Below are positions 20,177 through 29,063 of a stretch of DNA of 64,000 bases, piece by piece. Made by a program: the position numbers and the translations under genes. The stretch is from Candidatus Bathyarchaeia archaeon (lineage in GTDB: Archaea > Thermoproteota > Bathyarchaeia > Bathyarchaeales > Bathycorpusculaceae). The stretch is from NCBI GenBank assembly GCA_038883855.1, contig JAVZLH010000005.1:1-64000 (forward strand), read 5' to 3'. Each line of letters opens with the position of its first letter. Position 1 is the first letter of the stretch. The notes below the pieces were generated by a model. It was not told the origin of the DNA. It saw only the letters and a program-made list of their open reading frames with translations, and ran no database searches.

Positions 20177-20902
20177 TTATTTTCTGAATTTTTGCAGTCT
20201 TTCTAACAGTTCCTTATCGCCCTCGTAATCTCCAGCACATGTTGCAATTACACCGTCTACAAGACCGTCCAGCTTTTCCGCATATTCCTCAACACGATCC
20301 ATAGTTGTTGTGACAGGCCATCCTATCATCTTCACGGTTTCTGCGTTTCTAGGTGTTCCCACTAGGAAGTACGTGTATATAGGCTTGTTTAGACGTTTAC
20401 ATTCCTTAGCTACCTGTTCCATGGTTGGAAAGGATTTGTCTTCAAGCCTCATGAAGAAGATGAAGTCCCAAGCATCTTTCGCCCGCGCAACAGTCTCCTC
20501 CACTGAACGACGTGCCGTGAGCAAACAGCCTAACTTAAGGTTCTTTAAACGCACTGTTGTACGCAGGAAATCTCGAGCTTCCTCAGAAGACTTCAACATT
20601 TTGATTGGTTCTCCATATTTAGGCACATCGCCCATGGTAAGCACAAGCCCGTCAAGACCTATGGCGTCCGCCGCTAAAGCTAAGCCTCCCACTTCAACTG
20701 GTCCCTTGTAGTGCAGTATGAATATGGGTATTACTATTTTCTCCGGGTATTTGGTTTTGAGTACACAGCTTATGGCTGTGCCGCTGGGGGCGGGTATGCC
20801 TGCAGCGCTGTCTGTGACATTCCAGCCATCAACTAAATCTTTGACTTCTTCGGCAAGTTTCAGAAATTTTCTTGTTGGAACGAATTCGTGTAATATTTTC
20901 AT
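20177..20902 (-). CDS. Methylenetetrahydrofolate reductase-like (MetF-type FAD TIM barrel) protein
   Basis: 'WNVTDSAAGIP', 'IPIF..H', 'GLDGLVLTMGD' resemble the MTHFR N-terminal motifs; short and divergent. Confidence 0.55.
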   Translation of the reverse strand: MKILHEFVPTRKFLKLAEEVKDLVDGWNVTDSAAGIPAPSGTAISCVLKTKYPEKIVIPIFILHYKGPVEVGGLALAADAIGLDGLVLTMGDVPKYGEPIKMLKSSEEARDFLRTTVRLKNLKLGCLLTARRSVEETVARAKDAWDFIFFMRLEDKSFPTMEQVAKECKRLNKPIYTYFLVGTPRNAETVKMIGWPVTTTMDRVEEYAEKLDGLVDGVIATCAGDYEGDKELLERLQKFRK

Positions 20903-21046
20903 TTAACATCCCGAGTGGAGAGTGTTTGCTAGAATTAAAAAATCTTTTGCATGCGATCTCTCGGATTTTATGTGTAGTTTTGTTCTACACAAACTTTCTT
21001 ATCTTACCACAAGGCTGGAAAGTTTTGATTAGACATGTAAGAGACT

Positions 21047-21373
21047 ATGTCATCAATAATAACAACATTCATTGTGATTAGCGGCTACTTTACAACAACC
21101 GAAGGTGACAGCAAACTTGTCAATTTAACATGCAAATTATACAATGAGGAAGGTTATGCCTTAGCTAAAAACATGAGCATTTTCTGCGAAAACCTCGGAA
21201 GTTGGATTCCAATTAACGAATACGACAACCTTTCCATAGTGGACTATGGGAATGGAACATTGGCAGAGAAGGAAATTGCGTATGTTCCATTAGAAACAGT
21301 GCATGTTTTGGTAAAAGTTCACAATGTGCGTGACATACTTGTTCAAGCAGAATCTTTTTGCAACGAGCCCTAG
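21047..21373 (+). pseudogene. Orphan extracellular domain fragment, likely truncated pilin-like gene
   Basis: Sequon-rich beta domain ('VNLTC..YNEEG.A...W...DYGNGT...V.V...R.I.V') with no signal peptide; resembles a segment of the 723-aa pilin-like protein. Confidence 0.4.
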
Positions 21374-21446
21374 CAAGCATTCTGATTTTCGAGTTGCTTA
21401 AATATACAGCATTCTTACTTTTAAGAGTGGCAGCGAGGCTTCCAAA

Positions 21447-22136
21447 ATGGTTGAGAGAGACTCATGGCGCCATCTTTTTACACTATTAAAATTGGCTGAG
21501 ATGGGCGCTCATCGTAGAACAGCCAAAATATCCACAGAATATCTAGCTAGAAAACTAGGCCTCTCTCAGCAAACAGCCTCGCGCTGCATGATTGAATTAA
21601 CAAATAAGGGGTGGATTGAGCGCACCATAACGCCTGAAGGGAGCCTAATAAAAATAACAAACGTTGGCGTTAAAGAACTCCAAAAACTCTATTCAAAGTT
21701 GCGCTTTCTAATGGAAGCCACCTATCCGCCGTCCATAACATTGGAAGGCGTAGTTTTCGCAGGATTAGGCGAAGGGGCTTACTACGTTTCAAAGGAGCAA
21801 TACAGAAAGCAGTTTATAGAAAAACTAGGTTTTGACCCATATCCTGGAACCCTAAACATTAAACTTGCAACAGATTACGACCTTAAAACCCGCTCGGAGC
21901 TTGAAGCCTACCCAGCCATCGAAGTGGAGGGTTTCAAAAATCAAGACCGAACCTATGGACCAGTGAAATGCTACCCAGCCATAATTGAGAACAAGGTTAA
22001 AGGCGCCATAATCTCGGCTTTAAGAACCCACTATGATGCTTCAGTCGTAGAGCTTATAGCCCCAGTTCACCTTCGGAAACACCTAAACCTCAAAGATGGG
22101 CATAAAGTGAAAGTTGAAGTCTTAACGCTTCCATGA
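21447..22136 (+). CDS. ribK: CTP-dependent riboflavin kinase with N-terminal HTH (RbkR type)
   Basis: HTH 'LGLSQQTASR' plus 'GLGEGAYY', 'PYPGTLN', 'RTHY...ELIAP'. Confidence 0.93.
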   Translation: MVERDSWRHLFTLLKLAEMGAHRRTAKISTEYLARKLGLSQQTASRCMIELTNKGWIERTITPEGSLIKITNVGVKELQKLYSKLRFLMEATYPPSITLEGVVFAGLGEGAYYVSKEQYRKQFIEKLGFDPYPGTLNIKLATDYDLKTRSELEAYPAIEVEGFKNQDRTYGPVKCYPAIIENKVKGAIISALRTHYDASVVELIAPVHLRKHLNLKDGHKVKVEVLTLP

Positions 22137-22149
22137 TTGCGATTTAAAT

Positions 22150-22725
22150 CTGAAATGAGTGAACATAATAAACCTTGCGAAGTTTTGTCTACGCCTAAAA
22201 ACCAAAACATATCCGATCAAAAGTCCACAACCAAACCGCCCAAGTGAACAAATTATCCGCCTCATGTCCAGCACTCATCATCAGCCAAAAAAGGGAGTAC
22301 ATCAAAGCGCCAACTATTGACTGGCCAAAAGCATAGCGAACATAAATTGTGCATGCTCCAAGCATGCCGAAGATAGCGCCTGAAGCTCCAACCGACGGCA
22401 GAGCAAACGGTCCAAACAGCAGCGTTAGGAGGTTTCCGACTGGTCCGCTTGGGAAGTATATGATTAAGTATTCGTGGATTTTGAACACTTCCTCTGCTCG
22501 AAGCCCGAAGATTAGTAGGAAAAGCATGTTGCCAAAAGGTGTAGGATGTCGGTGTGGATGAACATGGCCGTGAAAAGTTGCCAGTAAAACCCTTTCATAA
22601 CAAGATGGTTCACTTGTCCATACTGCAAAATATATCATAGCTCGTTTCCATTAAGTCTCCGCTTAAAACTGAAGTGTAAACGTAAACCGCTACATTCAAC
22701 AAAACAATAAGGTAGGTTTAGCATA
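22150..22725 (-). pseudogene. Rhomboid intramembrane serine protease, multiply frameshifted
   Basis: Pieces 'LLNVAVYVYTSVLSG', 'FGNMLFLLIFG', 'SVGASGAIFG' lie in different frames, with deletions. Ends are approximate. Confidence 0.8.
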
Positions 22726-22751
22726 AACCTTAGAAGCTGAAAACGTTAAAC

Positions 22752-23219
22752 TTACCTTCTAAAATCTTCAATAATCTTCTGCTTAATCTTCGAAGAACTG
22801 TCCAACTCATCCTCACTAAACTTTCCAATCCTAATAACCTTTATCTTTAAACCATGCTCCTCCAAATACTTCTTCACAGTTTTCTCCATACCATCTTGGT
22901 CGTATCCAACGGCAATTATGTCTGGCTTTATTTTTTCAATAACTCCTCCAATGTCAAAGCTTTCATACCCAAGAATGGCTTCGTCAACAACCTTTAAAGA
23001 TTCCACGAGTGCTCTGCGCTGGTTTTCCGGCATTATCGGCTTCTTACCTTTTCGGCTCTCAACTGTGCTGTCTCTAGCCACAATAACTATGAGCTCAGCA
23101 TCTTTCCCGCCAGCCTTCTTCGCCTCTTCCAAAAACCTCACGTGTCCAAGATGCAGAAGGTCAAATACTCCAGAAGCCAAAACTATCTTTCTCTTCCGCT
23201 CTTTTTCTTCACCGGCCAT
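22752..23219 (-). CDS. ribL: Archaeal FAD synthase (cytidylyltransferase family)
   Basis: 'SGVFDLLHLGH', 'VARD', 'KPDIIAVGYDQ', 'SSSKIK'; near ribK. Confidence 0.85.
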   Translation of the reverse strand: MAGEEKERKRKIVLASGVFDLLHLGHVRFLEEAKKAGGKDAELIVIVARDSTVESRKGKKPIMPENQRRALVESLKVVDEAILGYESFDIGGVIEKIKPDIIAVGYDQDGMEKTVKKYLEEHGLKIKVIRIGKFSEDELDSSSKIKQKIIEDFRR

Positions 23220-23470
23220 TCAAACTTCACCGCACCAAGCAGTCTTAAAGCATCTAATAAACCTTCGCAGTAAGCAACCGCAGCTAAGCTAACTTCAAAC
23301 CGCATCTTCTCCCTATAATATTTTGCGTCATCTAAATAGGCTTTAGCACACTCAATAACTTTCTCGATGTTTTCCAAATCCACATTTAGGGGTTTGTCAA
23401 CAGTTTTGATTTCTTTAAGAACTTGTTCTGCAGAATCCACATAATTCGAGACAAGCTCCTCAAGACTCAT
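23183..23470 (-). CDS. DUF357 domain protein
   Basis: 'AYLDDAKYY...SLAAVAYCEGLLDALRLLG'; typical neighbour of dph5. Confidence 0.85.
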   Translation of the reverse strand: MSLEELVSNYVDSAEQVLKEIKTVDKPLNVDLENIEKVIECAKAYLDDAKYYREKMRFEVSLAAVAYCEGLLDALRLLGAVKFEWPVKKKSGRER

Positions 23471-24267
23471 TCAACAGCCTCCCTTATTTTCGGCGGAGCC
23501 CTTGCAAAGGCTATTAGAGCTTCAGCCTCCATAAAATGAAGCTTTCCAAGGAATATGAGGCTGTAAGGCGGCTCTCCAAAATTGTAATTTAGCAGCTCGT
23601 TTATTGTTGAAGCTTTAACTATAGGTGCGTTGCTTCCAGCTCTCGCTATGCCAACAGCAAACGTGGCTGAGGTAATTATGCCCTTCCTCTTTTCTTTCTC
23701 AATTTTTAATAAGGCTTCTAAAGCTTCGCGGATGCTTAAATAACGCTTTTCTTCAGCCTTTATGTCAAGCAAACAAAGCGTGTGAAGCCCAAGCCGCCTA
23801 TTATTGGCTATAACCTTGTAAGGCGTTAATGGCTTGGTTTCTTCTGGAAACGGTATAGTAACGCTTTTACCAAACTTGTAACTGTGCAAGCCAGACAAGC
23901 CGACAACAGCAGAAATTATGGATGCACCGTGAACAATACGCGTCTTTATTCCACGTTTTTCAGCCTCTAACCTTAGGGCAATATGCGTAGTAGCTACAAG
24001 CGGGTCGCCTGGAACAAGCAAAACAACCTTGCCTTTGTTTGCAGCTTCTAGGATGACTTTTCCACTTTCTTCCTCTAACTCTCTCCGCGAAACGACATTA
24101 AGCTTCTTACCCGAAATCTCTTCAAAACGCTCCCTTGAAAATTCTGGCAGCAAACTCGTGTAAAATTCTGCGAAAACAACAGCTGCATCCCTTACCTCTT
24201 TTAAGCCACGCAAACTTATCCCAAACTCGTCATGCAATCCCAAACCAACAAAAACAACTTCACCCAA
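23467..24267 (-). CDS. dph5: Diphthine synthase
   Basis: 'FVGLGL', 'EFYTS', 'PGDPLVATTH', 'YKFGKSVT', 'LHTLCLLD'. Confidence 0.95.
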   Translation of the reverse strand: MGEVVFVGLGLHDEFGISLRGLKEVRDAAVVFAEFYTSLLPEFSRERFEEISGKKLNVVSRRELEEESGKVILEAANKGKVVLLVPGDPLVATTHIALRLEAEKRGIKTRIVHGASIISAVVGLSGLHSYKFGKSVTIPFPEETKPLTPYKVIANNRRLGLHTLCLLDIKAEEKRYLSIREALEALLKIEKEKRKGIITSATFAVGIARAGSNAPIVKASTINELLNYNFGEPPYSLIFLGKLHFMEAEALIAFARAPPKIREAVE

Positions 24268-24377
24268 CGCTTCCCCCCCATCAATCAAAATAGAAGACTA
24301 ACCATAGAACCATTTAACTTTTCACAAAGCTAAATTTATTAAACCGCAATTCAATGCATATCTACGAAAACCAACGA

Positions 24378-24514
24378 GGGCCCGTAGCTCAGTAAGGTAG
24401 AGCGGCGGACCAAACCGCTGCGCGGGATGGGTTGAGGCTCTTAACCCGTAGGTCCCGGGTTCAAACTTGAAAGGGCTAATGCCTTTCAAGGAACAATTCC
24501 CGGCGGGCCCGCCA
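24378..24514 (+). tRNA. tRNA-Lys(CTT) with two non-canonical introns (30/31: 24409-24436; 58/59: 24465-24496)
   Basis: Acceptor stem GGGCCCG/CGGGCCC-G-CCA; after splicing the anticodon arm is GCGGG-CT-CTT-AA-CCCGT; both introns form bulge-helix-bulge motifs. Confidence 0.92.
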
Positions 24515-24535
24515 TTCAGAACCTACGGTTCTGAA
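24515..24535 (+). terminator. Perfect 9-bp hairpin immediately after tRNA-Lys
   Basis: TTCAGAACC-TAC-GGTTCTGAA. Whether it acts as a terminator or processing signal is inferred. Confidence 0.4.
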
Positions 24536-24834
24536 ACCAGCATGTTCATAAGCGTCTATTAGGCTTCGGGTTAAGGTTCTGTAAAGGTTTAAGCCGTATT
24601 TTCAGGCTTTTTCTAGCAGTGTTAAAGTGAAAGTGTTAGAAAATAAATAAATAATGGAAGCCTTCTCCTTTCTCCCCTTCTTTTAGAACAGATGGTTGAA
24701 TCTTATAAAACGCTTGCTATCTCAGTCAATATATATCCTTCATCAAAATATGCCACAACGCACAATTATTTCATCTACGGAAACTTTGCTTTATAGGTTG
24801 CCAGAGCAATTGTTCTTTACGGGGGAGGCTTAAT

Positions 24835-24960
24835 ATGTTTGAGGAAATGGCTTCCGACGCTGCCAAAATGCTAATAATCCTTTTCTGGATAGTAGTTGCC
24901 GCCCTAATGATTTGGGGAGCACTTTGGGTGCGTAATGCAAAAAATTCGAAGGCAAAGTAA
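24835..24960 (+). CDS. Small single-TM protein (41 aa, not in the ORF track)
   Basis: GGGGGAGG SD followed by MFEEMASDAAKMLIILFWIVVAALMIWGALWVRNAKNSKAK: acidic N-terminus, TM helix, basic C-terminus. Confidence 0.6.
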   Translation: MFEEMASDAAKMLIILFWIVVAALMIWGALWVRNAKNSKAK

Positions 24961-24978
24961 CCTAGGTAATTATTTACT

Positions 24979-25514
24979 TTAATAGCAAAACACGAAATGA
25001 CCAGATGTTGCCGTTATTAATTCGGGTTCCCTTTCTTTACATATTTTCTCTGCAAATGAGCATCTGGGGTGAAAACGGTAACCAAGAGGAATTTTTATGA
25101 CTGATGGTACTTCACCTTTAAGTTCTATCGCTTTTCTTTTGCGTTCCGGGTTTGGAACTGGTATGGCTGAAAGCAATGCTTGGGTGTACGGATGCAGTGG
25201 ATTTGAAAAATTCTTCTTTTTCGCCCATCTTCACAATTTTTCCGAGGCACATTATCGCGATTCTATCTGAAATGTATTTGGCAACAGCCCAAATCATGTG
25301 TTATGAATAGATAGGTGAGTTGCAATTCCCTTTTAAGATCTAACATTAAATCGATTATTGTTGTTCTCAACGAAACATCTATCATGGAAACTGGTTCATC
25401 TGCTACAATAAATTCAGGGTCTAAAATTAAGGATCTTGCCATCGCCACCAGTTGCCTTTGTCCTCCATTTAGTTGGTGCGGATACAATTCTACAAACTTT
25501 TCTGGAGGCGTCAA
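24979..25514 (-). pseudogene. Oligopeptide ABC transporter ATPase (OppF/DppF), 3' fragment with frameshifts
   Basis: 'YPHQLNGGQRQ', 'IVADEPVSMIDVS', 'FITHDL', then 'GEVPS...G.RFHPRC' in another frame; Walker A missing. Confidence 0.88.
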
Positions 25515-25779
25515 ACTTTCCCGTCTTCAGAAACGGTCCAAGAAGTTGCCAATGCAGGAACTATGTCTTCGGCCGCACCAGTGGCACCAGCACGATATTC
25601 AACCAGTCCGAACCCAAAGCTTGGATGATCTCCCATACAAAGTGGTCATAAGCCCTTGCAGGGTCTAAGCAAAATTCAACGGAATCTGTCGTTCCCATAA
25701 TCAATATTTTTCAGGTGGTCGCAGCAAGTAAGTAATAACCAGCAACATCCATTCTACTAATAGCTTTAGTACCTTTCAT
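25515..25779 (-). pseudogene. Oligopeptide ABC substrate-binding protein (family 5), 5' fragment
   Basis: GGTGA SD and MKGTKAISRM..., then across frameshifts 'LIMGTTDSVEFCLDPARAYDHFVWEII...GLVEY...IVPALATSWTVSEDGKV'. Confidence 0.8.
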
Positions 25780-25932
25780 TATTTCACCGTTAGTTATCAA
25801 TTAGAATGATGTGAATATAAAAATTTAGGGCTAAAAAGGTATGTCTCTTTTAAAATATGGCCGAGACACTAGAGAAAACGCTACGAAACGCATAAATCTG
25901 ATTTTCTATTCTTTAAAATTCTTGCTGAACGG

Positions 25933-26086
25933 CGGGCGGTAGCTCAGCTTGGTAGAGCTTCCGAGCTTGCTGGCAAAACCAGCAAACGGAGACGCTGTAG
26001 ACGCCTGCCCATGGTGGGCGCCAACCAGCCTACCAAGCGCACACGCGGAAACCGGAGTGTCGCAGGTTCAAATCCTGCCCGCCCGA
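25933..26086 (+). tRNA. tRNA-Tyr(GTA) with two introns (30/31: 25964-25993; 37/38: 26001-26050)
   Basis: C1-G72 acceptor stem CGGGCGG/CCGCCCG and A73 (archaeal Tyr identity); spliced anticodon arm TCCGG-CT-GTA-GA-CCGGA; T arm GCAGG-TTCAAAT-CCTGC; CCA not encoded. Confidence 0.9.
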
Positions 26087-26377
26087 CTAAATTTTGTTAA
26101 TGTTTTTGGTGAACTGAAGTAATATATGCTAATTAAAAATTCTCTTAACACTCCATTTCGTTTTTATTTAATTTAACTGTTAAACATAAGCGATTGATTC
26201 TTCAGGAAAGCATCCTTTATTTAAATCTTCAAAATATGAATATTGGCGATTTATTTTCTAAATTAACCGAAAAACTATGGAATACGCACGAATTGCATTT
26301 AATTTTTGAAGTATTTTTCACAAAAACTTTTATATTTGGATTTCTTGTGAATATGAATAATTAGATAAGGTGCTTCC

Positions 26378-26611
26378 ATGGAACCAAGTAAGAAACCATT
26401 AAACGTATTAATTAAACAGTTGAACGCCAACATCGCTGTTGTACTGAAAAACGGCTGCGAGTATAAAGGTAAAATGATTAAGTGCGATGGTCACATGAAC
26501 ATTCTTTTGGAAGGAGCAACAGAATGCAAGGACGACCAGCTAATCACCAATTATGGAAACGTTTTGCTGCGAGGCAACAACATTCTCTATATAATGTTAA
26601 ACATGCATTAA
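26378..26611 (+). CDS. Sm-like (Lsm/SmAP) RNA-binding protein
   Basis: 'LKNG.EY.G....D.HMNILL..A.E...YG.VLLRGNNI'. Confidence 0.93.
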   Translation: MEPSKKPLNVLIKQLNANIAVVLKNGCEYKGKMIKCDGHMNILLEGATECKDDQLITNYGNVLLRGNNILYIMLNMH

Positions 26612-27507
26612 ACGGTGAACGTGTTGGCTTCTCCAGTCACATACATCAAGGCTTTGTTAAACTCGGTTTTCAACACGTGTTTACGTTCAAAAAATTGCAG
26701 GACATTCATCACATCCCGCATAAGGAGTTGTTGGGCGTTTGGATGCTCCTTGGTAACGTATTGAGGCCAATCAATTATCAAAACATGCATGTCCGGCTTC
26801 AAGATAATGTTGTATTCGCTTAAATCCGCGTGGATGACACCGGCTTTTAAGTATGCCTTTCGAACATTGCGCAGTATTTCCTCCAAAACCTTCTTTGGAG
26901 CTGGAATTTCTTTCCATTCGGCTAATTCTGCACCTTCAATCATCCCCATAACTATTGCGTGGCGGTTTTGGCTTATGGGTTTTGGAACAGCCACACTGCA
27001 CGGAAAAACTATTTTTAAAGCTTGAAACTCCCTTTCCGCCGCAAGTCTTGATTGGTAAAGCCAACTGGCTTTTTCAGTTGTGTATCCTCTTTTCCTTTTG
27101 GTTTGGCGGAAGCTTATCCGCCCCAACCTATGGAATTTTACGGCTATTCTTTCGCCTTTAGGGTCTAAAGCATCGTAAACGTCAGCTTCCTTGCCAACTC
27201 CCAACGGTTTTCCGAAAGCTTCGAGGACTCCAGTTTTGACGAGGGCGTTTATGGCTAGGCAATCGTATCCAGCATAGTTCAGCGTATAGCCGACGTAGGC
27301 TCCCTTAGTTTTGCGGATAAGCCCCATTTTGTGAAGGCGGCTTAACCTAAAATCCGTTTCTTCCATGCTAAATTTGGAAAATTTCGCAATAACCTCCTTT
27401 GGGACAAACTCGTACTGGCTCATTGAAGCCTCTATAACCTGCAGTACCCTGATGTCTTCGTTCTCCAATTTACGAAACACTTGGACTGCGATTTCTGCTG
27501 AGGACAT
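26608..27507 (-). CDS. rio2: RIO2 family serine/threonine kinase
   Basis: N-terminal wHTH, 'GVGKEADVY', 'KFHRLGRISF', 'IHADLSEYNI', 'IIDWPQ'. Confidence 0.93.
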   Translation of the reverse strand: MSSAEIAVQVFRKLENEDIRVLQVIEASMSQYEFVPKEVIAKFSKFSMEETDFRLSRLHKMGLIRKTKGAYVGYTLNYAGYDCLAINALVKTGVLEAFGKPLGVGKEADVYDALDPKGERIAVKFHRLGRISFRQTKRKRGYTTEKASWLYQSRLAAEREFQALKIVFPCSVAVPKPISQNRHAIVMGMIEGAELAEWKEIPAPKKVLEEILRNVRKAYLKAGVIHADLSEYNIILKPDMHVLIIDWPQYVTKEHPNAQQLLMRDVMNVLQFFERKHVLKTEFNKALMYVTGEANTFTV

Positions 27508-27575
27508 AGCTACATTAAAAAGGCTTGCTTTGCTAATTAATGTTAACTTGTAAAGCAATCTTGGAGTAAAAGCCT

Positions 27576-28649
27576 ATGGAAGACAAGATATTGATGACTT
27601 TTCACGAAAAATTTAGCCAGTATGATTTGGGCGAGGCCCACCCATTCAGAGGAGACAGGTTCACCAATGCGATAAAGTTTTTTGAAGCTCAAGGCTTGTT
27701 TAACCTTCCACAACTAACAGTTAGGGAGCCCAAGCCCGCTTCAAAGGAAGATTTGATGAGAGTTCATGAGGAAAGCTATGTTAACTTGATTTACCGCTTG
27801 GCAAAGGAAAACAAGCCCTACGACATTGAAACGCCAGTTTCTCTAACAATTCTCGAGGCTGCATTACTTATTGTTGGCGGGGCAATTGAATGCGGCAAAG
27901 CAGTTTTTAACGGGGAGGTAAAGAGGGCGGTTTCCCTTGGAGGCGGATATCATCATGCTGGAAGGGCTTATGGCGGCGGATTCTGCCTCTTCAACGACAT
28001 CGCAGTTTTAATCGAATATTTACGGGCCAAGCATGGAGTTAAGCGGTTTCTGGTTTTGGACTATGACGTGCATTTTGGGAACGGGACGAGCGACATATAC
28101 TACCGTGACCCAACAGTGCTTTTCATCTCCCTACACCAAGACCCCCACACAATCTATCCAAGAACAGGGTTCACTTGGCAAATTGGAGAAAGGGCTGGTG
28201 AAGGCTATAATGTTAATGTGCCTCTCCCGCCTGGAACAGGTGACAGCACGTATCTTTATGCCCTGAGAGAGATTTTTGTTCCTTTGGCCGCGGAGTTTAG
28301 GCCAGAAATAATTGTTGCAAATGGTGGAAGTGACCCGCATTTTGCAGACATACTCGGTGATTTGGGCTTAACTGTTAAAGGCTTTTTTTCAATATCAAGT
28401 TTAATTAGAGAAACTGCGGAGAAGACTTGCGGTGGAAGGCTTGTTTTGATGCCTGGAAGCGGTTACAACCCGAAAGTTTTGCCGCCTTGCTGGTATGCGC
28501 TTGTAGCTGGCGTTGTTGGCTTAAAGGAGATAAGCGTTACAGAGCCTTATGCTCCGCCAGTTGAACCGCCGAGCTGCAGAAAAAAGGTTGAGGACACCAT
28601 CGGCGAGTTGAAGAGGTTGTTGAAGGAAAAATGGACTTGTTTTAAATGA
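27576..28649 (+). CDS. Histone deacetylase/AcuC family Zn-dependent deacetylase
   Basis: 'GGGYHHAG', 'GGFCLFND', 'DYDVHFGNG', 'GSDPH', 'GSGY'. Confidence 0.92.
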   Translation: MEDKILMTFHEKFSQYDLGEAHPFRGDRFTNAIKFFEAQGLFNLPQLTVREPKPASKEDLMRVHEESYVNLIYRLAKENKPYDIETPVSLTILEAALLIVGGAIECGKAVFNGEVKRAVSLGGGYHHAGRAYGGGFCLFNDIAVLIEYLRAKHGVKRFLVLDYDVHFGNGTSDIYYRDPTVLFISLHQDPHTIYPRTGFTWQIGERAGEGYNVNVPLPPGTGDSTYLYALREIFVPLAAEFRPEIIVANGGSDPHFADILGDLGLTVKGFFSISSLIRETAEKTCGGRLVLMPGSGYNPKVLPPCWYALVAGVVGLKEISVTEPYAPPVEPPSCRKKVEDTIGELKRLLKEKWTCFK

Positions 28650-28657
28650 AGCCTTGA

Positions 28658-28999
28658 CTATTTTGTTTCTTTCGGTTTTGCTATGACTGCTGTTCCGTAG
28701 GCTGCAAAGACTGTAGCTGTTCCTTGAAGTATGTCGCTTGTCTCGAAGTCCGCGCCGATAACAGCGTTAGCACCCATCTTTCTTGCGTTTTCAACAAGCC
28801 TCCTCAAAGACTCTTGCCTAGCCTTTTCGCATTCTGACGTGTATGCAGTTACTTCTCCTCCGAAAATTCCTTCAATACCAGCAACTATTTTTCCGCCAAC
28901 CCCTCTGGTTCGTACCGTTAAGCCGTGAACTGGACCCAAAACCTTAACGATTTCGTATCCAGGCAGTTCTGGAGTTGTAACCACAATTACTTCGCTCAT
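28658..28999 (-). CDS. YbjQ/UPF0145 family protein
   Basis: 'VTTPELPGYEI...GGEVTAYT...GANAVIG...AYGTAV'. Confidence 0.9.
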   Translation of the reverse strand: MSEVIVVTTPELPGYEIVKVLGPVHGLTVRTRGVGGKIVAGIEGIFGGEVTAYTSECEKARQESLRRLVENARKMGANAVIGADFETSDILQGTATVFAAYGTAVIAKPKETK

Positions 29000-29063
29000 C
29001 CATTACACCCAAGATGCTTAATAACTGAGGGCGCTAATTTAAGTTACCGCGTGACAACAAAGG

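Noticed and set aside
24515-26377. Integrated element at tRNA-Lys or tRNA-Tyr
   Set aside because: No integrase and no duplicated tRNA 3' end seen; the content is a decayed opp operon.
26090-26377. AT-rich stretch as a replication origin
   Set aside because: No ORB-like G-string repeats and no adjacent cdc6/orc1.
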